DNA of 64,000 nucleotides from Polyangiaceae bacterium. Lineage in GTDB: Bacteria > Myxococcota_A > Polyangia > Polyangiales > Polyangiaceae. The stretch lies in the NCBI GenBank assembly GCA_965222375.1, contig CBDCTZ010000014.1:256001-320000 (forward strand), written 5' to 3'. A program made the position numbers and the translations under genes. The notes under the pieces are model-generated. The model was not told where the DNA came from and ran no database searches. It saw only the letters and a list, made by a program, of their open reading frames with translations. This document shows, piece after piece, positions 1 through 10,069 of the stretch (position 1 is its first letter; the number at the start of each line of letters is the position of its first letter).

Positions 1-1424
1 AAGCCGCCGAAGGCGGGGCCAGCGCGCTGGTACACGTCGAGTTTGAAGCTTCGGGTGCCCGCACCCGTGTCTTCCACCACGGTCGTGCTCACCCGGGCCA
101 CCGAGTCCGCCACGCCGCCTCCGACCACGAGATAGGGGCGCACTCCCGTGGACATGAACGGGTCTTTGGAAAGGTAGTAGGCGAATCGGGCTTCGGCATG
201 CAGCGGCAGGAACTTCTTGCCGTCAGGTCGCTCGGGGTGGCCCAGGAACGCGAAGCCCAGGCGAACTCCGGCCGTCATGCGGTTGCCTAGAACGCGGTCA
301 TAGCTGGCGACGACACGCATGCTGCCGGTGCCCACGCCGCCGTTGATGGAGTTGGAGCTCCCGCTCTGGATGGGAGTCCCGGTGTAGGCGGTGTCGCCCG
401 CGAAGAAGCAGGACAGCTTGCCGCTGTCCTGCGCCGCCGCACTGCAAGCGTCGTCGTCGGAGCTCACGAACAACAGGTCCGGCGAAAACGCGATCGACAG
501 CCAGTTCTTGCGACGCTTCGGACCTTCTTCCTCACCACTGTCTGGAGGCGCTTCGACGCAGGCCAGCGCTTCACAGACCTGCGTGCCCGGGCAGTCGTCG
601 CTGGTTTCGCAAGAGAGTCGCTCTTCGGGTCGCGGGCAGGGGCTCGGTGGCACGGCGTCAGGAAGGGCGGGCTGCCGGTCGCTGATGGCCTCTTTGAGTT
701 CCACGTTGCGGGGCTTGCCGGCGGAACCAGCATTGGCGACGCGGTCCAGATTGGTGTCGAAGGCGGTGACGAAGTACGAGAGCCGCCCGACGGTCTGGGT
801 GGCTGTGCAGGGGATGTAGCCGCCCCAGCCTTCGTCATGCCGCTTGAGCTTGGTTTCCTTCCATTCCTTGGAGCCCGGGGGACGGTATCGAACGCTGACT
901 TGGATGACCTCCAACCCCTCGGGGACCTCGACGTACACTGGCACCGGATGGAACGTGGCTTGCTCCGTCCACGGATCTTCGTCCAGCTTGCGGATGGTTG
1001 GCTTGCTGGTCGGTTTTGGCGCAGTGGCGCCAACGCCCATGCGTGCCTCGTCGAAGGCCTTCTGCACCGCGCCGGTCAGATAGGCCGAGTTCGGTTTCGC
1101 GTCGGAGTCTGCCTTCAGCATCTTCTTGAAGGCGTTGACCGCGTCCGAGTGCCGGGCGAGGCCTGCCGCGTACACGGTCCCCATGTTCCCGTGCACAATG
1201 GCCATGACACTCGGGCTGCACTTGGTGCCGCAGACCTTGAGGGCCTTTTTCAGCTTGGCGAGGGCCGCGTCCATGTTCGTGGCGAGGTAGTCCTCGTCCA
1301 TGGCGGTCTGAGCAAGTTTGCGAGCCGTGGCGTCCGCACCCTTGGCATGGAGTGCTGGGGCGAAGCAGACAGCGGACAAAAGGAGCGTCGCGGAGACGCG
1401 GGCAAGACGGTGGCGTCGGGCCAT
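1..1424 (-). CDS. Secreted protein, probably outer-membrane (helical N-terminus, Cys-rich linker, beta-barrel-like C-terminus); runs off the left edge
   Basis: Not in the ORF track. Manual translation from ATG 1424 is open to position 1: signal peptide MARRHRLARVSATLLLSAVCFAPALHA, then AMDEDYLATNMDAALAKLKKAL, CETSDDCPGTQVC and amphipathic strands (MRVVASYDRVLG, AGVRLGFAF, LHAEARFAYY, VRPYLVVGGG). Confidence 0.7.
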   Translation of the reverse strand, partial: MARRHRLARVSATLLLSAVCFAPALHAKGADATARKLAQTAMDEDYLATNMDAALAKLKKALKVCGTKCSPSVMAIVHGNMGTVYAAGLARHSDAVNAFKKMLKADSDAKPNSAYLTGAVQKAFDEARMGVGATAPKPTSKPTIRKLDEDPWTEQATFHPVPVYVEVPEGLEVIQVSVRYRPPGSKEWKETKLKRHDEGWGGYIPCTATQTVGRLSYFVTAFDTNLDRVANAGSAGKPRNVELKEAISDRQPALPDAVPPSPCPRPEERLSCETSDDCPGTQVCEALACVEAPPDSGEEEGPKRRKNWLSIAFSPDLLFVSSDDDACSAAAQDSGKLSCFFAGDTAYTGTPIQSGSSNSINGGVGTGSMRVVASYDRVLGNRMTAGVRLGFAFLGHPERPDGKKFLPLHAEARFAYYLSKDPFMSTGVRPYLVVGGGVADSVARVSTTVVEDTGAGTRSFKLDVYQRAGPAFGG

Positions 1425-1576
1425 TTCGCCCCGATGTTATGGGATTTCAAAGACTTTTGCCTGAATTTGCGCGCGGGTCGGCGATGGAAGGCCTTTCCAG
1501 CTGCCGCTGCGCTGCGGCGGGTTAAATTCCTCGAAGATCACGCTAGGCTCGGGCCCCAGCACAGGAGACAGCGAAA

Positions 1577-2056
1577 GTGGCGGAATCAGCGAAGCTCGGT
1601 AGGGATATTTTCGTAGCGCTCGCGGCGGTGGGTTGGGCAGATGGTCACCTGGACCCGGACGAAGCTGATGCCATCGTGAAGACCGCCATCGAGCAGGGCC
1701 TCGAGCTCGACGAGATCGCTGAAATCGAGGAAGCCACGAAATCCCACGTCGACCTGGGTGAGATCGATCGCCGGGGGATGACCAAAGAGGACAAGCTCTT
1801 CATCTACGCAGTCGCATCCTGGATGACCTGGCTGGATGGAGAAGTGACGGACTCGGAAACCGACGCGCTAGGCAAGCTCGGAGATGCTTTGAAGATTCCG
1901 GCCAAGCCTCGGGAACATGCCGACGCAATCATGCGCGAGATCGCGTATCAGTCCGAAGACATTCGCCCAGCACGATACGATCTCAATGCGCTGCGCGAAC
2001 TAATCTCGGAGCGGTTGCACGCTGCGCAAGAAGCGCGAGCAAGAGAAACCGACTGA
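1577..2056 (+). CDS. TerB-like domain protein
   Basis: Two TerB-type motifs, AVGWADGHLDPDE and MTWLDGEVTDSE, in an acidic helical protein. Confidence 0.65.
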   Translation: MAESAKLGRDIFVALAAVGWADGHLDPDEADAIVKTAIEQGLELDEIAEIEEATKSHVDLGEIDRRGMTKEDKLFIYAVASWMTWLDGEVTDSETDALGKLGDALKIPAKPREHADAIMREIAYQSEDIRPARYDLNALRELISERLHAAQEARARETD

Positions 2057-2079
2057 ACCGAGTCGCCGCAACTGCTCAG

Positions 2080-3105
2080 CTAGTTACAGCGATAGAGGTA
2101 GTTGGGGAGCGCGGGGGACTGGCTGCAGGTTTGATTCGGGTTCTGGCACTTCTGCCCGGGGTGACAGATCTCTCGCTGGTTTGGGCCACCGCAGTTGTTT
2201 TGGCAGCGCAGGTTCGTGTACTGGTTTTGCACGAAGGAAAAGACACCACAGCAAATCTGGCCGGGACAGTCCTCAGGCCCGTCGCACTCGACGTTGGTCG
2301 TGTCGCAATTGGGTGATGTGCACGCACACTGAGCGCTACTTGGGGCGCAGTAGTCCAGCCCGGGGTCCAAAACGCAGCATTTCTCGGCCTTGTTGCAGAC
2401 GTCGGGATTGGTGATGCCGCAATTCTTGTCGCCGGGGGCGCTCGCGCCACCCGTGCCTGCGACGGCTCCAAAGCCGCCCGCGCCGACGCCGCCGGTGCCT
2501 GTGCCGCCGGTACCGGTTCCGCCGGTACCTCCGGACCCGCCGACGCCGCCGCAGGGTGGCCCGGGAGGCGCGCCGAATTGGGATGGATCGACGCAGCCCA
2601 GTCCGAAGAGCGGATCCGACACGCCACAGATGTTGTTCGGCTTGCAGCAGCCTTGCAGCGGGAAGCCTTGGATGTTCTGGGTCGGGCAAGTGGGGTCCGG
2701 CTTGCCAGGCTGACCCTGCTCGATGCATTGAGGGCCTAGTAGATCGATGCTGATGCCGCACTTCGAACCGACGCAGCAAGTGGTCACGTTGCCCACCGGA
2801 GACGGAGGCGGCTGAGGGCAGGGGCCACAGGATGAGCCCGCGCTGCCTCCAGCGCCCCCGCTTCCGCCAGGTCCGATGCCAGCGCTATTGCCGACCCCAC
2901 CGGGGCCAATGCCTGCGCTGTTGCCGACTCCGCCGGAACCACCGGTCACGGTTCCGGCGCTACCGCCGCTGTTTGCGCCGCCGGTTGTACCCCCGTCCAC
3001 GCCGGTGAAGTCGATGTCCGTGGAGCCCCCACAACCCTGAGCAGTGGCGAGCAGAAAGACGGAACTCGCGGAGAGTCCCCAAACCAAGCGCTTCGTCTTC
3101 GACAT
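2080..3105 (-). CDS. Lipoprotein with Gly-rich linkers and Cys-rich domains
   Basis: Signal peptide ending AQG-C; two Gly/Ser/Thr linkers separating Cys-rich modules (ECDGPEDCPGQICC); GGAGG RBS upstream. Confidence 0.8.
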   Translation of the reverse strand: MSKTKRLVWGLSASSVFLLATAQGCGGSTDIDFTGVDGGTTGGANSGGSAGTVTGGSGGVGNSAGIGPGGVGNSAGIGPGGSGGAGGSAGSSCGPCPQPPPSPVGNVTTCCVGSKCGISIDLLGPQCIEQGQPGKPDPTCPTQNIQGFPLQGCCKPNNICGVSDPLFGLGCVDPSQFGAPPGPPCGGVGGSGGTGGTGTGGTGTGGVGAGGFGAVAGTGGASAPGDKNCGITNPDVCNKAEKCCVLDPGLDYCAPSSAQCACTSPNCDTTNVECDGPEDCPGQICCGVFSFVQNQYTNLRCQNNCGGPNQREICHPGQKCQNPNQTCSQSPALPNYLYRCN

Positions 3106-3207
3106 GATTTCCTCCGGCGGCGGCGCAGCTTACACCCGAAGTGCGCCCAGTTCACGCCAACTGCCCATGGTTTTGCGCCAGCATGGCCTGCGCACAATGT
3201 GCGACAG

Positions 3208-3789
3208 CTAGGCGAGCAGCTCCGTCTTGGCGACGGGGTATCCGCTGGGCCGACGCACCGCGTAAGAGAGGGCGAGAATCTCGACCAATACGACCCTGTA
3301 CACGATGTGCACGTCGTCTACGTCCACCTCGTCGGCATGCGCTTCCAGAGTCGCGTTCACGTGCTCATGGACGAACTCCAGGAGGTGTGGCTGCTCCATG
3401 GCGATTACATCGTCACTGTCCAAGGGTTCCGCGGGATCGCCCTTGCGAAGCTCTTCATCCAGGCTCAGCAGCTCTTCCGTGGCGCTGAGCTCCTGCTCCT
3501 GGATTTCATCCAAGTGGTCGCCGTGGGCCTGCTCGAATGCGAGCCAGACAGCCAGGGCGAGGAAATAGCCCAGGGCGAGAGCCGTCTCGTCGAGGGGTTT
3601 GCCCAGGGTGTCCGCGATTCGAGTCGCGAGAGCGGGCTGATTGCGCTCGAAACGCTCAAAGGCTTCGTCCAGCTGCTCTCGCGCGGTGTCATCGTCGTCT
3701 GCGAGGCTCTCCCGCACCGAATCCAGCGCATGCACTGGAACTTGCGCATACGGGGGAACGGGTCGGATGGCTGTGCGTCTCACCCACAC
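3208..3789 (-). CDS. Acidic helical hypothetical protein
   Basis: Only the C-terminal ~190 aa of ORF 3208..4557 look protein-like; the rest overlaps the VanW gene. GTG start proposed at 3789 (VWVRRTAIRPVPPYAQVP). Confidence 0.65.
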   Translation of the reverse strand: MWVRRTAIRPVPPYAQVPVHALDSVRESLADDDDTAREQLDEAFERFERNQPALATRIADTLGKPLDETALALGYFLALAVWLAFEQAHGDHLDEIQEQELSATEELLSLDEELRKGDPAEPLDSDDVIAMEQPHLLEFVHEHVNATLEAHADEVDVDDVHIVYRVVLVEILALSYAVRRPSGYPVAKTELLA

Positions 3790-3921
3790 CCTGAAATTGT
3801 TAGCATACCGCCGGCGCTTGAGAGGCGCTTTTCGTCCCCGAGCAGCCCATGGAAGGTGCGTCAAAACTGGGGTACGGCTGCAGCCTGACGAGCACATTCC
3901 GGCTCCCGGCTTCCCGGCACC

Positions 3922-5808
3922 ATGCCCGATAGCGATTCTGACAAAAGTGCGTCGACCCGGGTATCGATCCGGGCGTCTACGTCCCTCAAGGGCGTGTGGA
4001 AGCGACGCGTCATATTGGCGACCGTACCGGTAGCGTTGGTGCTTCTGGCGTTCGGCGCGGACCGCCTTCTCAGCCGCGGACGTGTACTGCGAGGAGTCAC
4101 GGTTGGCGGACTTGCCGCCACGGGAGTTGACACCGAGGCCTTGCGCAAGCGGGTGACTGAGGTGGAGAGCAGGTTGGCGTCCTCGAAGGTAGCGCTTCGC
4201 ATCGCGGAGCGAGTCTTCCACGTCAGTCCGGCGGAGTTGGGTTTTCGGGTTGATGCGAAGAAGAGCGCCGACCGGGCGATGTTGGCGGGGCGCACAGGCT
4301 CCGTCCCTGCACAATTTGGCTGGTGGCTGTCGCGCTGGTGGAGCGTGGATGGTGTGGGCCTGGAAGCGTCCTTGGACTCGGCGCTCGTGGAGACGGTCGT
4401 TTCCGATCTGGAACCCGTAGCGATACCCGATTCTCCCTTCGCCGGCGCCGTGGAGTTCGAGGGCGGTAGTGTCCGCGTGGCGCCGGCCCGCTCGGGCCGA
4501 CGAGTCGACCGGAGCAGGTTGGTCGATGTCTTGGTGCGCGCCGTGCTCGATGGTCAAGGCTCGGTGGTTGAAGTGCCTCTCGTGGAGGTGAAACCCTCCA
4601 CCAGCTCCGAGGCACTGAAGCGCGCCAAGCTACAAGCGGAACGGTTGTTGCGCGGACCGATCAAACTCATTACCGAGGACGGCGAAGTCGAGATTGAGCT
4701 TTCACGGGAGCAACTAGGTGGCGCGTTGCAGACCCACGTTGTCGCCGACGACGATGTGGTCGTGGGTTTCGCGACGGATGGCGTGGACGCCCTGCTCGCG
4801 AAACGCCGCAAGCGCCTGGAGGCTGCGCCGAAGAACGCGGAGATCGAAGTCGATTCGAAAGACCGTCCTCGGGTGGTGCCCGGTCGCCCCGGCACACTGT
4901 TTTCCGCGTCTCGTGTCGCGGAAGCCCTGGTGCTCGCCGCCTATGCCAAGGAGCGAGTCGGCGTGCTGCCGCTCCTCCGAGGTGCGCAGCCCCAGGTCAC
5001 GACTGACGATCTGCTGGCGCTCAAGATCAAGGGGCTGGTCAGTCGCTTCACGACTTTTCACCCGTGCTGCCGACCTCGCGTGGACAACATTCATCGCATC
5101 GCGGACTTGCTGAATGGTGCGATCGTGAAACCCGGCGAGTACTTCAGCGTCAATGCTCACGTCGGCCCCCGCACCACCCGGAACGGATTTGTCGCTGCGC
5201 CGACCATCGAGTTGGGAGAAATGGTGGATGCTTTGGGGGGCGGAGCGAGTCAGTTTGCGACGACCTTCTTCAATGCACTGTTCTATGGAGGCTATGACAT
5301 CGTCGAGCGTCAGCCTCATAGCTACTACTTCTCCCGCTACCCCATGGGGATTGAGGCGACGCTTTCGTTTCCGAAGCCGGACATCATCTTCCGAAACGAC
5401 ACGGCTGCGGGCATGTACATCCGCTGCGAGTACACCGGCACGAGCATCACGGTGAAGATTTTCGGAGACAACGGCGGTCGCAAAGTACGAGCCACCCGGG
5501 GCAGGAACTTCGACATCGAAAAGCCACCCGTCGAACTGTTGCCAGACCCGGAGCTGGACCCCGATCGCGAAAAGGTCAAGGAAGCTGGGCAGACGGGTTG
5601 GAGCCTGATCGTCGGGCGAATCGTGACCTATCCGGATGGCACGAAGAAGGAAGAGAAGCGCAAGGTGATCTACAAGCCTCGCGTGCGACGCATCGAGGTG
5701 CACCCCTGTCGCATTCCCGAAGGAGAAGAGGGACACACGGGCGAGAAGTGCCCGGTGCCCGAGGCTGGCACCGATGCTGATTTGAGCGAAATGGACCCCG
5801 AAGAGTGA
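3922..5808 (+). CDS. VanW-family cell-wall protein (N-terminal TM helix, PG-binding region, VanW domain, G5-like C-terminus)
   Basis: VanW motifs RVDNI...LNGAIVKPGEYFSVN, GGGASQFATTFFNA, ERQPHSYYFSRYPMGIEAT, IFRNDT; G5-like KVKEAGQTG...YKP. Confidence 0.85.
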   Translation: MPDSDSDKSASTRVSIRASTSLKGVWKRRVILATVPVALVLLAFGADRLLSRGRVLRGVTVGGLAATGVDTEALRKRVTEVESRLASSKVALRIAERVFHVSPAELGFRVDAKKSADRAMLAGRTGSVPAQFGWWLSRWWSVDGVGLEASLDSALVETVVSDLEPVAIPDSPFAGAVEFEGGSVRVAPARSGRRVDRSRLVDVLVRAVLDGQGSVVEVPLVEVKPSTSSEALKRAKLQAERLLRGPIKLITEDGEVEIELSREQLGGALQTHVVADDDVVVGFATDGVDALLAKRRKRLEAAPKNAEIEVDSKDRPRVVPGRPGTLFSASRVAEALVLAAYAKERVGVLPLLRGAQPQVTTDDLLALKIKGLVSRFTTFHPCCRPRVDNIHRIADLLNGAIVKPGEYFSVNAHVGPRTTRNGFVAAPTIELGEMVDALGGGASQFATTFFNALFYGGYDIVERQPHSYYFSRYPMGIEATLSFPKPDIIFRNDTAAGMYIRCEYTGTSITVKIFGDNGGRKVRATRGRNFDIEKPPVELLPDPELDPDREKVKEAGQTGWSLIVGRIVTYPDGTKKEEKRKVIYKPRVRRIEVHPCRIPEGEEGHTGEKCPVPEAGTDADLSEMDPEE

Positions 5809-5812
5809 GTGC

Positions 5813-7270
5813 TCAGGTGTCGGGGCTGCAGGTGATCACCCGGGCCATCACGCGGAGTTTGGTTGTTTGCTCCTCTAGCCAGACGATGGCGGCGCTTTGC
5901 GTGTCACTGCCTGTTTCTTCGATGACCGCTGTGCCCACTGCGGTGACTTTCTTTCCGGTTTCCGTCTTTCCGACGTTGTAGTTCACGACCCGCGGCGTGC
6001 CGTCGCGACCGAACCAATGCGCAACAATGTTCGTGCCGCCGGATGCCGCCGCCGCCGTGAAAATCCCGTTCGTGGCGTACGACGACCGCCCCGCTGACTC
6101 GTCCTGCATCAGTGGCGCAGAGTGGGTCAGGAAACTCGGGTTCTTAGACCCCAATTCAGCCAGCTTGCTGTCGGCGACCACGCCGGTCCGGAGTTCCGCC
6201 GACCCACTGATGGGGAAGCGCCCCGCCAGGATGACAACTCCCTTGCCATCCAAAGAGGGTGCCATTCCTAACGCATGCGTCGTGTCGCTCCCCGCGCTGG
6301 CCAAGTCCAAACTGAATGCCTGATTCAGTTGTGTGCTCGTGGTTCCGAAGCGGTAGGTAGCCGGCGCTTTCGTCTGGACCACGCGGGTCCCGGCGAGTGC
6401 GATCAGCTGAGCCGCAGCGAGGTCTTCGTCGCCGCTGCTCCCGCTGGCGGTGAATGTTCCGCTCTGCCCAATCTCCCCGGAAGTCAGCGTGCGCGACTTC
6501 GAAAAACTGTCGTCGCAGCTCACCGCATAAAACGCTTTGGCGCCGACGAAGGCAACTTCGATTTCGTCAAAGAACGACTCAGGCCCACCACAAGGAGCCG
6601 ATGCCGCGAGGGTCACGTGATTCGAGCCGCTCGTCTCGACATCACCGGCGGAGTTGAGATTGAAATTGATGCGGGAAAAGAAAGGCAACTCCCCAATGAA
6701 GCCCTTGCCTGTCAATCCGAAGAGCTCGAGCTTGTTGCCGTTTACCTTCATGGCTCCCGGATAGGTTGTACGAGTGATGGACGGCATGCTCACGGAGGGA
6801 ATGTTGTGGGTCGCGAGGCCGCTCGCTGCGCCGCTCTTGTCGATGGCGGCAACTGCAACGATAGGCTTGCCAATCCCCTCCGCGCGGAGCACGAGGTAGG
6901 CATGCTTGAGGCTTAGGTCTCCGGCGAGTCGCAGGCTTTCGGGCTCGGGATTCGCGAAGATTGGCGAATCCTGGGCAATCTCGATCTCTCCCGTTGCGGG
7001 TGTGCAGCTGTACGTGATTCCTGCGTCTGAACCTGCATCTGCACCGGCCCCACCGCCGCTGCCGGATGCGCCACCCGTGCCTGCGGTTCCGGCGCTGCCA
7101 GCCGCCGCGCCCACACCCGCGCTGCCTGCGCTCGCCCCGATCCCGGCGCTGCCGCCGCCGGCGGCCACGCCGCCGCTGCCGCCGGATGAATCAGAAAAGT
7201 CGCCCAAGCCAAGAAGCTGACCGCAGCCCGTGACTGCAAACACGAGCAGCGCCACGCACGCCCTATTCAT
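5813..7270 (-). CDS. Lipoprotein with Gly-rich linker and beta-rich domain
   Basis: MNRACVALLVFAVTG-C lipobox, CGQLLGLGDFSD motif, GSA linker, beta-strand-rich body. Confidence 0.75.
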   Translation of the reverse strand: MNRACVALLVFAVTGCGQLLGLGDFSDSSGGSGGVAAGGGSAGIGASAGSAGVGAAAGSAGTAGTGGASGSGGGAGADAGSDAGITYSCTPATGEIEIAQDSPIFANPEPESLRLAGDLSLKHAYLVLRAEGIGKPIVAVAAIDKSGAASGLATHNIPSVSMPSITRTTYPGAMKVNGNKLELFGLTGKGFIGELPFFSRINFNLNSAGDVETSGSNHVTLAASAPCGGPESFFDEIEVAFVGAKAFYAVSCDDSFSKSRTLTSGEIGQSGTFTASGSSGDEDLAAAQLIALAGTRVVQTKAPATYRFGTTSTQLNQAFSLDLASAGSDTTHALGMAPSLDGKGVVILAGRFPISGSAELRTGVVADSKLAELGSKNPSFLTHSAPLMQDESAGRSSYATNGIFTAAAASGGTNIVAHWFGRDGTPRVVNYNVGKTETGKKVTAVGTAVIEETGSDTQSAAIVWLEEQTTKLRVMARVITCSPDT

Positions 7271-7343
7271 ATGCACAAAGGTACACGACTACTTGCTGCG
7301 GGCCAGCGCTTCCTGCGGGGAGCTGCATTGCAGGTTCAAATCC

Positions 7344-8180
7344 CTAGGGGATCCGAACCTGCCGTGCCAAGAACCTCAGCTGGCCAGCGCTGACGAACCC
7401 CTCGATGCTGCCCCACTCCACACGGTGCAGAGTGCCACGCTGCTCATGGACGTAGACACTTTCCCCCTCCGGGATGGCGCTCGGTGTCCTGCCTTTGGCC
7501 GGTAGGGGGCGGCCTGCCTCGTCCAGCAAACGTGCTTCTGGCACCACGACCACAGCGGGTTTCGCCGCGGCGTGCATGCGCGCAGCAAAGAACGCTGCTG
7601 ATGCGCAGAGGCAGAAAACGGCGCTACCAATTCCAGCAATGATGTTGCCCGCGAGTTTGGCGCGCCGGGCTGATACGGCAAAGCGCACCGCGAGCCCGCC
7701 ACTGAGTAGCGCCGAACCAACTACGGCCAGCACTGCCCACCAGCTTTCGGGCAGCACGCCGAGCACGGCTCGCGATAGGGCGGGACGCGCCCGCACGGGC
7801 TCGCCGCCGCTGCGTGCCCGTCGTCGCGCGATCTCTTGGCGAACCAAGACGAGGGCTTGCTCCGCCTCGGCGTCGTCGGGGTCGAGTTGCACGCTTTCGG
7901 CCAAGGCCGCTGCCGCTCGGCCCAAATCCCCGGGCCGGGCGCTGGACGAGCGCGCGCGAGCAACGTAGGCCAGGGCACGGTTGTAGCTCGCGTCGGGGTG
8001 ACTCATTCCGCGATCAGCCATCAGTTCGAAGCGATCGATGGCATCGTCGTGAGCGCCCCGCTCCAAAGCAGCTAGCGCTTCCGCGAACGCGCGCTGGGTC
8101 TCGTCCTGCGTCCCCAGAGCTGGGGCTGCTAGCAGAGCCGCGATGAAGCCCACCAGGGCGCCAAAGGCAGCGTGCTTCAT
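7344..8180 (-). CDS. BatE-like TPR / TM / SH3-like protein
   Basis: Signal peptide, TPR-like DASYNRALAY, two TM helices, C-terminal IPEGESVYV...GFVSAGQL; last gene of the Bat-like operon, ATGA overlap. Confidence 0.7.
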   Translation of the reverse strand: MKHAAFGALVGFIAALLAAPALGTQDETQRAFAEALAALERGAHDDAIDRFELMADRGMSHPDASYNRALAYVARARSSSARPGDLGRAAAALAESVQLDPDDAEAEQALVLVRQEIARRRARSGGEPVRARPALSRAVLGVLPESWWAVLAVVGSALLSGGLAVRFAVSARRAKLAGNIIAGIGSAVFCLCASAAFFAARMHAAAKPAVVVVPEARLLDEAGRPLPAKGRTPSAIPEGESVYVHEQRGTLHRVEWGSIEGFVSAGQLRFLARQVRIP

Positions 8181-10069
8181 GCCTCACTCCGATGCGGAGC
8201 ACGGCGCAGGAGTTCGTTTATAAGCTTCCGGGACTCGGCGTAGAGTTCGCTTTCCGCGGACTTGTCGCTGAAGCGCGCATCGTCGCATGCCGCGAGTAGC
8301 TTTTCAGTTCTTGCTACGAGCCCTTCGCCCAACCCGCGGGCGCTCAGCTCCGAGGCCAGCTCGGACTTGAGTACGGCGCGGGCGCGGATCCCCGTCGCGT
8401 GTTCGAGCGCCAAGAACAGTGCGCTTTCGACTCTGGTTGCGGTCGTGGCCGGGTCGCCGTCCTTTTGTGCATGCCGCGCCTCGGCCAGCGCGACCTTCGC
8501 GAGCTTGGCAGGGCTTTCCGCAGTCGCTTTGGAGCGGCGGCGAAGAGCCTGAACCCCCCGGGTTGCGCCATAGGCGGACACGACCAGTAGAGGCGCGAGC
8601 AGCAGGCCTGGAAAGAACCACCGCCCTCGGCTGAGAGGTGCTGATGCGCCGGGCTGAGCCCCCAGGCTCTTGCGCGGTGAACCTAGCGTTGCAAGGGGAT
8701 CGCTCTTCGGTGATGGTTGGTCCTTGGGACTCGTCGTGCCAGGACCCACGCTCACGCGGCCCAAGTTGGCGCTAGCGATTTTGTACTGCCCGCGCTCCGG
8801 ATCCCAAAACGGAATGGTCAGGTCGCCCAGTTCGACGTTCCCGGGGGCGTCGATGCGAACCACATAGCTGAACTTGCGGTAGCCCCCGATCCTCAAGCCC
8901 CGCGGCTCCACCTTGTCCAACACGTTTGGTTCGAGCCACTCGACTTGATGCTGCTGTGGGACCTTGAGGGAAAAGGGCACGTTGCCGGTGCCTTCGAGCT
9001 TCGCCACAACGCTGACGGCCTCGCCTGCGGCGATCTTCCTCGGAGTCACCTTGGCGGTCAGGGTGTAGCTCCCGACATCCCCAAGCTTGTAGCCTGCAGG
9101 GCGGCCTTTCAGCGGCGGCTCGTCGACCTGAAGTTCGATGGCGTTGCTGTAGCGAACCAGTCCACGGTGCGGGCCATCGGATGGATAGCCTCGACCCTCG
9201 AACCCCATTCGCATCGCGCCAATCGCAAGCTTGCCTGCACGAATCGGAAACAAAGCGAGTTCGCGCACCTTCTTGGCGTGCCATACAGATTGGGCAACGG
9301 GTACTCGGTACATCGGTTCCGAGTACGAATTCTCTAGCAAGGTGTACGCCAGGAAGGCCTCTCGACTGGGCTCGGCAGTGTGGGTTTCGCGGAAGGGGCC
9401 GCGCTTGCCGTAGGCGTACACAGTGAGGGTGACCTGCTGGCCCACCACGGCCCGTCGAGGCGTGACTTCGGCGTGCACGAACGCCATCTTGTCTGCGGCT
9501 CGGTCCAGTCGATATTCACTGGGATAGGGAGGCAAGAGCGAAATCTCGTCCTCGTCCTCCTCGTCGTCGGGGGCCGCGCCGCCAAGGCCCGGCAACTTGG
9601 GCATGCCCGGGAACGAGAATGGGTCGAAGGGATCGAAGGGTTTCGGTGACGGTCCCATGCGAGTGGGGCGCACGCTGACCCTGACCGTGCGTGTCAGCTT
9701 GACCTTGCCGTCGATGACTACGCTCCCCGGGCCGATGGTGTAGGTGCCGGCCTTGGTTGCCTTTAGGGTCCAGGTGGCTCCGATGCCGAGTCGCGCAACG
9801 ACCTTTCCGTTCACGATGTTGACGCGGGTCTGGGCCGAGATGTCCGGCCCGCGCAAAACCATGCCCCGAGGGCCTCTTAGTTTGGGCGCGCTCGGCAATC
9901 GAGACCCGCGGTCGACGAGCGCGATCAGCTGCACCTGAAACGTTTCTCCGATGTGCGGACGCTTGTTCGAGACTTGCAGCGTCGCGGTCCCCGGTTTGGC
10001 AACAACCGTAGCCGCCGAGAGCGCGATCGCGCAGCATGTGGCTGCGGCGCAAGGCAGCCTCGAGCTCAC
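8177..10069 (-). CDS. BatD family protein
   Basis: Repeated Ig-like BatD units (GETFQVQL, VGQQVTLTV, GDVGSYTL, GEAVSVVAKLEGTGN, IPFWDP) and a C-terminal TM helix; operon context. Confidence 0.8.
   Translation of the reverse strand: MSSRLPCAAATCCAIALSAATVVAKPGTATLQVSNKRPHIGETFQVQLIALVDRGSRLPSAPKLRGPRGMVLRGPDISAQTRVNIVNGKVVARLGIGATWTLKATKAGTYTIGPGSVVIDGKVKLTRTVRVSVRPTRMGPSPKPFDPFDPFSFPGMPKLPGLGGAAPDDEEDEDEISLLPPYPSEYRLDRAADKMAFVHAEVTPRRAVVGQQVTLTVYAYGKRGPFRETHTAEPSREAFLAYTLLENSYSEPMYRVPVAQSVWHAKKVRELALFPIRAGKLAIGAMRMGFEGRGYPSDGPHRGLVRYSNAIELQVDEPPLKGRPAGYKLGDVGSYTLTAKVTPRKIAAGEAVSVVAKLEGTGNVPFSLKVPQQHQVEWLEPNVLDKVEPRGLRIGGYRKFSYVVRIDAPGNVELGDLTIPFWDPERGQYKIASANLGRVSVGPGTTSPKDQPSPKSDPLATLGSPRKSLGAQPGASAPLSRGRWFFPGLLLAPLLVVSAYGATRGVQALRRRSKATAESPAKLAKVALAEARHAQKDGDPATTATRVESALFLALEHATGIRARAVLKSELASELSARGLGEGLVARTEKLLAACDDARFSDKSAESELYAESRKLINELLRRAPHRSEA

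Noticed and set aside
2440..2990. Gly-rich DNA repeats as independent repeat elements (also near 7050, 17150, 31800)
   Set aside because: They encode low-complexity lipoprotein tethers.
3922..5808. Vancomycin resistance cluster
   Set aside because: A VanW domain alone, with no vanHAX or vanRS.
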